From Erysipelotrichaceae bacterium MTC7 (GTDB taxonomy: Bacteria > Bacillota_I > Bacilli_A > Erysipelotrichales > Erysipelotrichaceae), in the NCBI GenBank assembly GCA_001695645.1, contig LVZN01000003.1, positions 1 through 32,000 of the forward strand: 32,000 bases of DNA, written 5' to 3'. Position numbers and translations under genes: made by a program. Shown here in pieces: positions 14,423 through 23,984 of the stretch; positions within the stretch are counted from its first letter, which is position 1; each line of letters begins with the position of its first letter. The notes below the pieces were generated by a model. It saw nothing but the letters and a program-made list of their open reading frames with translations, had not been told where the DNA came from and did not search any database.

Positions 14423-15514
14423 TTATATGATACGGTTTGTTGTTTCTGCGTCGTAAAAGTGGATTTTACTTAAGTCAAATGAGATTTTAATATCGCTGTG
14501 TGCTTTAATTCCTAAGCGAGTAGCTACTTTAGCAATTACGTTTTCTCCGTTAATGAGACCATGTAAAATACTTTCGTGTCCAAGTAACTCACTGATATCC
14601 ACGTGGAAATCAAATTGTGTACTTGGATATGTATCTGCTACGATATTATCACAGTAGATGTCTTCTGGACGAACACCCATAATAACTTCTTTACCGTTGT
14701 ATGGTTCTAAGTCTTTGACCATACTGTCGAGAACTTCTATTTTGTGATCACCGAAGGTAAAGTGTCTGTCTTCATAAGTTCCGGTTAAGAAGTTAGTTGC
14801 TGGTGCTCCAATAAATCCCGCGACAAATATATTAGCAGGGTTACTGTAAATTTCTTTAGGCGTTCCAATTTGTTGAATGTATCCATCTTTCATTACAACA
14901 ATACGAGTCGCCATTGTCATGGCTTCTGTTTGGTCGTGGGTAACATAGACTGTGGTTGCATCTACGCGTTCGTGTAGTTTAATAATTTCTGAACGCATTT
15001 GCACACGTAATTTTGCATCTAAGTTACTTAAAGGTTCATCCATTAAGAATACTTTTGGATTTCGAACAATTGCACGACCTAGAGCGACACGTTGTCGTTG
15101 TCCACCTGAAAGTGCTTTTGGTTTACGATTTAAGTACTCTGTTAAACCAAGAATTTCTGCTGCATGGTTTACTCTTTTTTTGATTTCTTCTTTGTCCATT
15201 TTTTGAAGTTTTAAGGCGAATGACATATTGTCAAACACACTCATGTGTGGATATAGTGCATACGATTGGAATACCATTGCAATGTCGCGATCTTTTGGTT
15301 CAACGTTATTCACCAACTTATCATCAATGTATAAATTACCTGATGTAATTTCTTCAAGTCCTGCAATCATTCGAATCGTTGTACTTTTTCCACATCCTGA
15401 AGGTCCAACGAATACGATGAACTCATTGTCTTCAATTTCTAAATTGAAATCGAATACTGCTTGTACGTTATTATCATAAATTTTATTAATATTTTCTAGT
15501 TTTAATGTTGCCAT
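14423..15514 (-). CDS. Sugar ABC transporter ATP-binding protein, MsmK/MsmX/MalK type
   Basis: Walker A GPSGCGKST, signature LSGGQRQR, Walker B FLMDEPLSNLD, H-loop VTHDQ, and a C-terminal TOBE-like regulatory domain. Confidence 0.9.
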   Translation of the reverse strand: MATLKLENINKIYDNNVQAVFDFNLEIEDNEFIVFVGPSGCGKSTTIRMIAGLEEITSGNLYIDDKLVNNVEPKDRDIAMVFQSYALYPHMSVFDNMSFALKLQKMDKEEIKKRVNHAAEILGLTEYLNRKPKALSGGQRQRVALGRAIVRNPKVFLMDEPLSNLDAKLRVQMRSEIIKLHERVDATTVYVTHDQTEAMTMATRIVVMKDGYIQQIGTPKEIYSNPANIFVAGFIGAPATNFLTGTYEDRHFTFGDHKIEVLDSMVKDLEPYNGKEVIMGVRPEDIYCDNIVADTYPSTQFDFHVDISELLGHESILHGLINGENVIAKVATRLGIKAHSDIKISFDLSKIHFYDAETTNRII

Positions 15515-15579
15515 ATTATGTATCTCCTATGTACTTTTATTATAACTTTAACAATGGAGAACGACTATGTGCACAGTGA

Positions 15580-16125
15580 CTAAATTTTTAAAGCAACAAG
15601 CAAATATGCCAGCGCATGAATACTTTTTGCTTCGTTGAGTTCTAAATCAAAGTGCTGTTCCAGCTTATGTAAACGATATGTCATCGTATTGCGGTGTACA
15701 TAGAGTTCTTTTGCGCTTTTCATCGTATTTCCATTATTTTTGATGTATGTATGTAAGGTATTTCGCTCTTCGTAATCCAATTGTATGATTTTATTTATCA
15801 TCATGTTACATAAGGTCTCATCCTGTTGAAAAACAAGGCAATAAAACAAATAATCAGAAATTCCATAACTTCCTAGTGGCTGTTGTTTTAAGAATGTTAG
15901 CACACTAGTTGAATCAAAGGGGTGGCTTGTATTCGTAAACAAGATTTTTACATTGATTGAAAAATCAAGAACCAAGTTACTGACCAGTGTCTTTGGATCA
16001 TCAATGAAGGAACTACGAAGGATTAGTAGCGCATGCTCCGCAGTTCCAATTCTTTGACAATCATATAGAGATAAAAGAGCTTCTTCCACAAATTTTTGAT
16101 TTGGGTAAATATAAAGTGTTGTCAT
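15580..16125 (-). CDS. PucR/CdaR-family C-terminal HTH domain protein (short, 181 aa)
   Basis: The C-terminus TMKSAKELYVHRNTMTYRLHKLEQ is the PucR_C HTH signature. No recognisable N-terminal sensor domain. Confidence 0.6.
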   Translation of the reverse strand: MTTLYIYPNQKFVEEALLSLYDCQRIGTAEHALLILRSSFIDDPKTLVSNLVLDFSINVKILFTNTSHPFDSTSVLTFLKQQPLGSYGISDYLFYCLVFQQDETLCNMMINKIIQLDYEERNTLHTYIKNNGNTMKSAKELYVHRNTMTYRLHKLEQHFDLELNEAKSIHALAYLLVALKI

Positions 16126-16140
16126 AACACTAGTATATCG

Positions 16141-18495
16141 TTAATCTACTAACTTTTCCAATTTCCAAATATCATTTACATAATCTTCAATTGTACGGTC
16201 GCTTGAGAAATATCCAGATCGTGCAATATTGATTAGTGCTTTTTTTGTCCAAGCTTGTTGATCTTTGTAAAGTGCATTTAGATGTTCTTGGGCTTTAACA
16301 TATGCCTTGAAATCTTTAACAACCAAATAGTAGTCATTTTCTTTTTCAAAGTAGTCTAAAATTGGTTGGAAATCTTTTAATTCTTTAATGTAATCCAAGA
16401 TGAACGTAATCGTTTCATCATCTTTGATATCATCTTTCACCTTGTAATCTGATGCATGGATTGCAAACACATCATCTTTTAATAGACCAAATATTTCGAT
16501 GTTATCATCACCAACAAGTTCATGGATTTCTACATTTGCTCCATCCATAGTACCTAAAGTAAGTGCACCATTCATCATGAACTTCATGTTTCCTGTTCCA
16601 CTCGCTTCGAATCCTGCAGTAGAAATCTGTTCAGAAATATCTGCAGCTGGAATCAGTTTTTCTGCATAACTTACGTTGTAGTTTGTAACCATAATTACTT
16701 GTAGTTTGTCAGCGACACGTTCATCTGCATTGATGATATCTGCCATCGTACGAATCAGTTGAATTGTGTTTTTTGCTAATACATAGCTTGGAGCTGCTTT
16801 TGCACCGAAGATAAATGTCTGCGGATGGAAGTTTTCTTTGAAAGTTTCATCATTAAGTAAACGTTGGTACAGATAAATGATATGAAACACATTTAGTAGT
16901 TGTCTTTTATATGCGTGAAGACGCTTAATTTGGATATCTAAGATGGCATTTTGATTAATAGAAATTCCTTCGTGTTTTTGGATATACGAGCTTAATTTCG
17001 TTTTATTTGTTGCCTTAATATCCATCAGTTGTTGAAGGACTTCTTCGTTATCTAGTTGTTGTTCAAATGCTTTAAACCACTCGATTGGCTTTTCCATTAA
17101 ACGATCGTCACTGTGACTTTTTACAAGTGATGATAAGTCTGGGTTTGCATAGTGGAACCAACGACGTTGTGTAATACCGTTCGTCTTGTTGTTGAATTTT
17201 GTTGGATAGTGATCAGCCCAAATTTTCATTTCTTTTTCAACAAGGATTTTTGTATGTAGAGCTGCAACTCCATTCACGCTAAAGCTACCTACGATAGCTA
17301 AGTTTGCCATGTGAACTTTCTTTTTTGCAATAATTGCCATTTTTTCTACTTGTTCCTTTGTGTAGTTGTATGGCTTTAATGATTCTAAGAACATATCATT
17401 GATATCTTCAATCATTTGATAAACTCTTGGTAATAGTTTCTGAAGCATTTTTGCATCCCATGTTTCGAGAGCTTCCGCCAAGATGGTGTGGTTTGTATAT
17501 GCAATACACTTAGAAGTAAGTGCAAACGCATCTTTAAAATTGTATCCATGTTGATCTACAAGCACACACATCAATTCAGGAATTAACAAAGTTGGATGTG
17601 TATCATTGATTTGCATCACGACATGATCAGCTAGATTATCTAACGTTTGGTGTGTTGCTAAGTGTTCTTTTAGAATGTTTTGTAGTCCAGCACTTACAAA
17701 CAAGTACTGTTGTTTCAAACGTAATTCTTTTCCTTTAGTTGTTGAATCATCAGGATATAAACAACTAACAATATCCATAATGTCTTTCTCATATGTATCG
17801 AAGTTTTTTTGGTTCTCAAGTGGTAGTACGTCATACATACGCAAACGATTTGCTGTATGTGAAGCACCTACAATTGGCATATCATAAGGCATTGCCAATA
17901 CATCAACTGTATCAGTTAGTGAATATGAACCATCTTCTGCTTTATGTAGGTTTCCGTAAAATGACACGGTTGTTGCATCATCACTGATTTTGTTTTCCCA
18001 AACGTTACGGTTGTTTAACCATAAATCTGGTAACTCTACTTGTTTATTGTCAACAAATGTTTGTTTGAAAAAACCATGACGATAACGTAGGGTAATTCCG
18101 TGTCCTGGATAATTCAAAGAAGCGATCGAATCCATAAAGCATGCAGCAAGTCTCCCCAGACCTCCGTTACCTAAACCAGCATCTCCTTCTTCGAACTCAA
18201 TATCTTTAATTGAAACACCGTACGGTTTCAGTACTTCATCAATTTCATCGAAGATATTCATGTTTTGTAAGTTGTTAATGAGCAAACGTCCCATTAGAAA
18301 TTCCATTGAGAAGTAATACAGTTGTTTAGCATCTTGTTTCTTCGTTAAAACTGATGTGTTTTCGATTTCTTTTGCCGCTAAGTTTTGTGTAAGTGTTGCA
18401 ACTGTAATGTACATTTCATTTTTACTTAGTTGTCCAAATTCCTTCGAAAAAAGTTGTGTGGCAGTTTCCTGCAGTTGATCTTGAATAGTTAGCAT
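16141..18495 (-). CDS. glgP: Glycogen/maltodextrin phosphorylase (GT35)
   Basis: 784 aa with the PLP-lysine motif EASGTGNMKFMMNGALTLGTMDGANVEI and an N-terminal YFSMEFLMGR block. Confidence 0.92.
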   Translation of the reverse strand: MLTIQDQLQETATQLFSKEFGQLSKNEMYITVATLTQNLAAKEIENTSVLTKKQDAKQLYYFSMEFLMGRLLINNLQNMNIFDEIDEVLKPYGVSIKDIEFEEGDAGLGNGGLGRLAACFMDSIASLNYPGHGITLRYRHGFFKQTFVDNKQVELPDLWLNNRNVWENKISDDATTVSFYGNLHKAEDGSYSLTDTVDVLAMPYDMPIVGASHTANRLRMYDVLPLENQKNFDTYEKDIMDIVSCLYPDDSTTKGKELRLKQQYLFVSAGLQNILKEHLATHQTLDNLADHVVMQINDTHPTLLIPELMCVLVDQHGYNFKDAFALTSKCIAYTNHTILAEALETWDAKMLQKLLPRVYQMIEDINDMFLESLKPYNYTKEQVEKMAIIAKKKVHMANLAIVGSFSVNGVAALHTKILVEKEMKIWADHYPTKFNNKTNGITQRRWFHYANPDLSSLVKSHSDDRLMEKPIEWFKAFEQQLDNEEVLQQLMDIKATNKTKLSSYIQKHEGISINQNAILDIQIKRLHAYKRQLLNVFHIIYLYQRLLNDETFKENFHPQTFIFGAKAAPSYVLAKNTIQLIRTMADIINADERVADKLQVIMVTNYNVSYAEKLIPAADISEQISTAGFEASGTGNMKFMMNGALTLGTMDGANVEIHELVGDDNIEIFGLLKDDVFAIHASDYKVKDDIKDDETITFILDYIKELKDFQPILDYFEKENDYYLVVKDFKAYVKAQEHLNALYKDQQAWTKKALINIARSGYFSSDRTIEDYVNDIWKLEKLVD

Positions 18496-20433
18496 TTAAT
18501 TTTCCTCCCATATAATTCGTAACGCTAAAGGTTCTAGTGTTAATGAAGTTGATGTCGTTGTTGAGTATAAAACTTCATATTCTTGTATTTGCAAATCAAA
18601 TGTCTTTGATTCATGCAAGTTTGCATTTGCTAGTATATATAAATGTTGATTTGCATCTTGGTAATGAAAGATAACTTGATCTTTGTCTGGCGTTGCAATG
18701 TATGCTACGTTCTCTTTTTTGCGTAAAAGATTTTTATATTTTGTTTTGATCTTAGCAATTTGAAATAAAGTTTCCATGAATGATTCATAAGCACTGTCAT
18801 AGTGAAATTCGAATTTATCAAACAATGCAAGTTTCATATAATACGCATCATTTTCATCAAGTGCATACAGTGTATTTTCATCGACATCGACTCCTGTATT
18901 CATGGCTTGTTTTTCAAGCAGTTCTTGACCCGAGTTCATAAATGGGGCAAAGTTGTATGCAAATTGATTTAGTATCGTTATCAATAACGTTGTTTGAAAT
19001 CCACCTTTACGAGAAATGAGCCTTGGTGTATCGTGGGTTTCACCCGCAGCAAATACCATTGTCGGAAGACACATACCGTTGTAATAGAAATCACGTGTTA
19101 GTTGTTCATGAAAGCGATGTGTATGATAAAATCCATCACCGATAATTAAATCATAGCCTAGTGCTTTTGCTTGCTCGGTACTTTTTTTAGTAGCGGTTAG
19201 TTCTTCTGCAATAAAATAAAAATCTGATTTGCATGCTTTTGCCTTCGTGATAATTTTTCTTGTTAGTGGTTCTGGCAAGGCATGTCCCATATCCGTTCTT
19301 GCACCATCTAAGTCAAACTTCTCAATGTAATACGGTAAGATATTACTTAAAGTATCCCATAAAGCTTCGTTTGGTATCTCTCCAGGAAATAAGTTTGCTT
19401 TGATTGTATCAAACAAGATATATGGAACCTTTGTGTCCGTAAGTTGCTTTTCTGTAACGATTTTTGGCTGGTCCATATAAAGACGGAAAAATGTAACATC
19501 ACTCCAAGCAGGTTGTACATCATTAATTTGATCGCTGAATGCCGGAGCAACTGTCATATTGAATGTTTCGCGAATTAACTCCAATGGATTCAATGAAGGA
19601 TCTGCTTGATAACGTGCAACAAGTGCATCCCATTTTTTTGGATCACGAATATTAGGAGCTTCCTGAAATTTTGCAAGATGCTCTTTTGTCTCCTTTGCAG
19701 CATACAGTTGTTGTAAATATTTTTCTTCTATCGCAGTTGTCGGTGGAATTCCATCAACTTTTGGTGGTTTATATCCTTGCAAATCATCAAGTCCAATCCA
19801 GTAAAACCAATCTGGATGAGACATAAGAAGGGTTGTATTTACAGAGTTTGTTCTTGGAATGATATCAAGAACAACACGCATTCCTAAAACATGACATGCT
19901 TCAACGAAGGCAGCAAATTGCTCGTCTAGGCTTAATTCATCTTTTGTAATAGGATCAAATAATTCTTCATCAATAGCGAAAAAGTCACTGACTCCATAAA
20001 CAGATCCTAATTCACCTTTTTTATCCATTCGTGAATATTGCATGATGGGTAATAAATAAATGACATTGATACCCATCGCCTTTAATGTTGGTAAGTACGC
20101 AATCATTTTCACAAAGGTACCTGTTTCCTTAAATCCATCTGTATTGATTAGCTCAACTTGTTGGTCTTGATTATGATCAAAGGTCGTTGAAGTCCGGATC
20201 ATCGTGGAATAATAATATGCATCACGATAATCACTAAGTAGTGGTTCAGGATGATTTAAGATATAGTCGATTTGCTCCTTGTAGTATTGATAAGGGTTTA
20301 CTTTGACAATCTTCTCATCAGTTTTTTTGTGGGCAATATACGTCCAAGCTTTTGGTACATAATAGGTTTGACAATCGTCTTTTTCGTACATTTCTAAGAC
20401 ATTTCTTAGCTTTCTTAATGTGGTTTGTTTCAT
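18496..20433 (-). CDS. GH13 alpha-amylase-family enzyme, 645 aa (possible 4-alpha-glucanotransferase/maltosyltransferase-like)
   Basis: GH13 regions are present: LDGARTDMGHAL (nucleophile Asp), FYFIAEEL (acid/base Glu) and AGETHDTPR (His-Asp). No signal peptide. Its stop abuts the glgP ATG (TAAATG). Confidence 0.75.
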   Translation of the reverse strand: MKQTTLRKLRNVLEMYEKDDCQTYYVPKAWTYIAHKKTDEKIVKVNPYQYYKEQIDYILNHPEPLLSDYRDAYYYSTMIRTSTTFDHNQDQQVELINTDGFKETGTFVKMIAYLPTLKAMGINVIYLLPIMQYSRMDKKGELGSVYGVSDFFAIDEELFDPITKDELSLDEQFAAFVEACHVLGMRVVLDIIPRTNSVNTTLLMSHPDWFYWIGLDDLQGYKPPKVDGIPPTTAIEEKYLQQLYAAKETKEHLAKFQEAPNIRDPKKWDALVARYQADPSLNPLELIRETFNMTVAPAFSDQINDVQPAWSDVTFFRLYMDQPKIVTEKQLTDTKVPYILFDTIKANLFPGEIPNEALWDTLSNILPYYIEKFDLDGARTDMGHALPEPLTRKIITKAKACKSDFYFIAEELTATKKSTEQAKALGYDLIIGDGFYHTHRFHEQLTRDFYYNGMCLPTMVFAAGETHDTPRLISRKGGFQTTLLITILNQFAYNFAPFMNSGQELLEKQAMNTGVDVDENTLYALDENDAYYMKLALFDKFEFHYDSAYESFMETLFQIAKIKTKYKNLLRKKENVAYIATPDKDQVIFHYQDANQHLYILANANLHESKTFDLQIQEYEVLYSTTTSTSLTLEPLALRIIWEEN

Positions 20434-20458
20434 TGTTTTTCCTCACTAATTCAAGTTC

Positions 20459-20513
20459 ATTATACAAAAATGGTAGGGTTTTCATAGGATAAATACGTTG
20501 GAAACAATTCCAA
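20459..20513 (-). promoter_or_regulatory. Promoter (extended -10 TGTATAAT) plus 16-bp palindromic operator for the GH13-glgP operon / lacI divergent region
   Basis: On the minus strand, TGTATAAT lies at 20459-20466. The palindrome TTGGAAACAATTCCAA lies at 20498-20513. Confidence 0.5.
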
Positions 20514-20594
20514 GTTTTTGTTTTGCATGAAACTTGTAGAAATGAAGTCATTTTAGAAATAATTGATGTTATACTATAACTATAGGAGGTGTTT

Positions 20595-21566
20595 ATGGCT
20601 AGTATAAAAGATGTTGCAAAGCATGCAAATGTAGGAATTGCAACGGTTAGTCGAGTGCTAAATGAATCGGGATCCGTCTCAAAAGAGACGCGAGAACTTG
20701 TCTTGCAGTCCATTAAGGCACTTGGTTATGTACCAAACGAACTTGCTCGTAACTTTCAAAAAAGACAGACAAACTTTATTGGTGTAATTGCACCAAGTTT
20801 AACCCACCGGTTTACCTCAGAATTGCTCTCTCAATTGGAACAGGATTTAAGCGATCTTGGATATTTTCTCTTGTTATTTGTGTCAAATCGTGATGTGAAC
20901 AAAGAAATTGACTATCTTGAACGTCTTAAGTCGCAACAGGTAGCTGGGACTATTATCGTTGCACCATTCATAAGTGTGGAACGTTCGTATCAGTTCGCCG
21001 ATTTGCCACTAGTTGCTTTTGATCGAATCATCAATCCCAAGATTCCTTGTGTCCATGTAGATAACTATAAAGCAGCAAATGAGCTAAGTGTGCGTTTACT
21101 ATCCAAAACAAAAAAGAAAGTGTGTTTTGTAGGGTTTGCCGCAGATCCAAAAAGTGATGCGCAAAAACGTTTGCTTGCATTTAAGGATGTTTGTAAAAAA
21201 GCAAATCGTGAATTTACCGTGTTTGATATGATTGGTTATGCAAGTGACTTTGAATTTTTAAGTGAGGTCTTTCAACAAACAAAAGACTGTGACGGATATT
21301 TTTTCGCATGTGACTATCATGCACAGTTATTTTTAAACATTGCACTAAATCACGATATAAAAATCGGTAAGGATATTTTTGTGGTTTCATTTGATGGTTT
21401 AAAAGGAACGAAAAACATTCGCCCATTGTTGACAACAGCAGTACAAGATATGCCTGCTATTTCACAGGCATTAATCAGTGCTTTGATGCGTCGTATCAAT
21501 AATGATCAAGATGTTCCTGAAGAAATCGAAGTACCATATTACATTCAAAACGGAGAGACTTGTTAA
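20595..21566 (+). CDS. LacI/GalR-family transcriptional regulator (MalR-like)
   Basis: N-terminal HTH is MASIKDVAKHANVGIATVSRVLN, followed by a periplasmic-binding-fold body. The ATG at 20595 follows TAGGAGGTG. Confidence 0.9.
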   Translation: MASIKDVAKHANVGIATVSRVLNESGSVSKETRELVLQSIKALGYVPNELARNFQKRQTNFIGVIAPSLTHRFTSELLSQLEQDLSDLGYFLLLFVSNRDVNKEIDYLERLKSQQVAGTIIVAPFISVERSYQFADLPLVAFDRIINPKIPCVHVDNYKAANELSVRLLSKTKKKVCFVGFAADPKSDAQKRLLAFKDVCKKANREFTVFDMIGYASDFEFLSEVFQQTKDCDGYFFACDYHAQLFLNIALNHDIKIGKDIFVVSFDGLKGTKNIRPLLTTAVQDMPAISQALISALMRRINNDQDVPEEIEVPYYIQNGETC

Positions 21567-21641
21567 CGCAAAACAAGCTCTTTTTTTTTGCTATATAGAT
21601 AATAAGGGGTCATTTTTTGCAAGATTTTAACACAGTATAAG

Positions 21642-21697
21642 TTGGAAACTTTTCCAAGAGTTTTCGCGTTGACTGGTAGCGCTACCAATGATATATT
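21642..21697 (+). promoter_or_regulatory. Operator + promoter + cre-like site upstream of the sugar ABC operon
   Basis: Palindrome TTGGAAACTTTTCCAA (21642-21657). -35 TTGACT (21669-21674), a 17-nt spacer, then -10 TATATT (21692-21697). The spacer contains the perfect 14-bp palindrome TGGTAGCGCTACCA (21674-21687), which resembles a CcpA cre. Confidence 0.5.
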
Positions 21698-21747
21698 GTG
21701 GATGAAAGCAATTTCAAAATATTCTAAATCGAGGAGGAGAGAATAAA

Positions 21748-23004
21748 ATGAAGATTAAAAAACTTATGAAAACTTCAATGGCTGCACTGATGACGTTGTC
21801 ACTAGTAGCTTGTGGAGGGGGATCAGATGATGGTGGTAGTGATAAGGCAACAATTAAAGTCTTAAACTTAAAACCAGAAATTGATGAAGCTTTAAAAGAC
21901 TATGCAAAATTGTATAGCGAAAAGAATGATGTAAAAGTTGAAATCGAAACATGTGGTGGGTCTAACTGTGATTATGCAGGAAAACTAGACCAATATATTT
22001 CAGCTGATAAAATTCCTGACATCTTTGTCCTAGAAGGACGTGCAGGATTTGAAGACAATAAAGAAATTCTTGCTGACATGGAAGGTGAAGAATGGGTAGC
22101 TGATACTGACTACGCTTACGAAATGGACGGTAAGGCTTACGGATTCCCATTAGGTGTTGAAGGATTTGGATTAACGTACAATAAAGACATTCTTGATAAA
22201 GCAGGAATTGATCCAGCAACATTAACAAGTTACGATGCTTATGTTGAAGCATTCAAAACATTAGATGCGAAAAAAGATGAGCTAGGAATTACAGCTCCAG
22301 TTGCAATGGCAACAGGAAGTGGTATGTACTGGGTAACTGGTAACCACAGTTTTAACTCATATTTAAGTGGAAACTTAGAAATTGGAGATACACATGTTCT
22401 TGATGAATTAAATGAAGGAACAGTTGAAGCAGATCGCATGTCAGATTATGCAGATATGATTGAACTTATCTTCAACAACTCTGACAAAACAGTATTATCT
22501 GCTGCTGGTGACCAATACGCAAACCAAGTAAAATTATTTACAGATGGAAAAACAGCATTTATTCACCAAGGTAACTGGATTGAAGGTGACGTAGCTGATA
22601 TGGAAAACATTGGAATTTCTCCAGCTCCATACGGAGATGACAACGCGATTTATATCTCAGCACCAAGCTACTTTGCAGTATCAAACCGTAGCAAAAACGT
22701 AGATGCAGCAAAAGCATTCTTAAACAGTATTTATGCAACTGAAGAAGGACAAAACTTTATGTATGTGGAAGCAGCTTCTGTTTCACCATTTAAATCAATT
22801 GATATTGCACCTACAACAAGTCTAGCTAAATCAGTACACGAATCACTAGTTTCTGGAAAAGGATGTCCATGGAACCAAAATGATATGCCAGCCGATTTCG
22901 GTATGCAAAAATTAGGACCTGTTCATGAAGCCTTCGCAAAAGGCGAAATCACAAAAGATGGATTTGTGGAACAAATTACGAAGTTAATTGTAGGACTTAA
23001 ATAA
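21748..23004 (+). CDS. Sugar ABC transporter substrate-binding lipoprotein
   Basis: Signal peptide with lipobox MTLSLVAC-GGGS, and a family-1 solute-binding body. RBS is GAGGAGGAG. Confidence 0.9.
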   Translation: MKIKKLMKTSMAALMTLSLVACGGGSDDGGSDKATIKVLNLKPEIDEALKDYAKLYSEKNDVKVEIETCGGSNCDYAGKLDQYISADKIPDIFVLEGRAGFEDNKEILADMEGEEWVADTDYAYEMDGKAYGFPLGVEGFGLTYNKDILDKAGIDPATLTSYDAYVEAFKTLDAKKDELGITAPVAMATGSGMYWVTGNHSFNSYLSGNLEIGDTHVLDELNEGTVEADRMSDYADMIELIFNNSDKTVLSAAGDQYANQVKLFTDGKTAFIHQGNWIEGDVADMENIGISPAPYGDDNAIYISAPSYFAVSNRSKNVDAAKAFLNSIYATEEGQNFMYVEAASVSPFKSIDIAPTTSLAKSVHESLVSGKGCPWNQNDMPADFGMQKLGPVHEAFAKGEITKDGFVEQITKLIVGLK

Positions 23005-23020
23005 TACGTATATGACAATG

Positions 23021-23048
23021 AGATAGGCTATCGCCTATCTTGTTGTTT
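23021..23048 (+). terminator. Intra-operon hairpin/attenuator after the binding-protein gene
   Basis: AGATAGGC-tatc-GCCTATCT followed by TGTTGTTT. This is typical of differential expression between a binding protein and its permeases. Confidence 0.5.
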
Positions 23049-23063
23049 ATAAGGGAGGTACAT

Positions 23064-23984
23064 ATGTTACAAACAGTAAAAAAATTAATGAATAAATCAA
23101 CCTCGTTTTGGTTTTTATTACCAACAGTGGCCATGTTTATCTTAATCATTATTGTTCCATTTTTAAGAGGGATTTACCTGTCATTTACAGATTGGAACAA
23201 TGCAGTACAATCTACATTTAACTTTGTAGGTTTAGACAACTATCTTGGGGTCTTAAAAGAACCACAATTCTTATACTCATTACAATGGACATTTATTTAC
23301 ACAGCAGTAAATGTCATCGTTGTGAATGTGATTGCAATAGGATTGGCAATACTCGTTACTCAAAAATTAAAACTAACCAATTTATATCGTGCAGGATTTT
23401 TTATTCCTAACCTCATTGGTGGAATCGTTCTTGGTACGATCTGGATGTTTATTTTCAATTCAGCAATCCCGTATATCGGGGAGGCACTTGGCAATAGTTT
23501 CCTAGCAGAGTCATTTTTAAATAATGCAGGAACTGCTAAATTTGCTTTAATTCTTGTTGGAACTTGGCAATACATTGGATACATTATGATGATTTATATT
23601 GCTGCAATTCAAAATATCCCTAAGGATTTAATTGAAGCAAGTAGTATTGATGGAGCAAATGCATGGCAACGCTTTCGTAATGTAGTCTTACCAATGATTC
23701 GTCAATCCATCACAATTGGGACATTCTTGACATTGGTAAATGCGTTTAAACAATACGATTTGAACTTAATGTTAAGTAATGGAGGGCCTGCACAATTTGG
23801 AGCAGGTGGAAGTATTCAAGCAACACAATTATTATCATTAGATATTGTAAAACGTGGGCAATTAGGAACCATTGAAAACATGCGTGCATCAGCACAATCA
23901 GAAGCAATTATTTTCTTCTTGATTCTATTCGTGATTTCGATGCTTCAAATGCACTTTACAAAAAGTAAGGAGGTAGAAATGTAA
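23064..23984 (+). CDS. Sugar ABC transporter permease (MalF/UgpA type)
   Basis: Multi-TM protein with the EAA-type loop IEASSIDGANAWQRFRNVVLP. ATG at 23064 is preferred because GGGAGG lies 7 nt upstream. Confidence 0.9.
   Translation: MLQTVKKLMNKSTSFWFLLPTVAMFILIIIVPFLRGIYLSFTDWNNAVQSTFNFVGLDNYLGVLKEPQFLYSLQWTFIYTAVNVIVVNVIAIGLAILVTQKLKLTNLYRAGFFIPNLIGGIVLGTIWMFIFNSAIPYIGEALGNSFLAESFLNNAGTAKFALILVGTWQYIGYIMMIYIAAIQNIPKDLIEASSIDGANAWQRFRNVVLPMIRQSITIGTFLTLVNAFKQYDLNLMLSNGGPAQFGAGGSIQATQLLSLDIVKRGQLGTIENMRASAQSEAIIFFLILFVISMLQMHFTKSKEVEM

Noticed and set aside
20318-20713. 131-aa minus-strand ORF spanning the divergent promoter region
   Set aside because: It overlaps both the LacI-regulator N-terminus (antisense) and the GH13 gene start. 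It crosses the promoter and operator region and resembles no known family.
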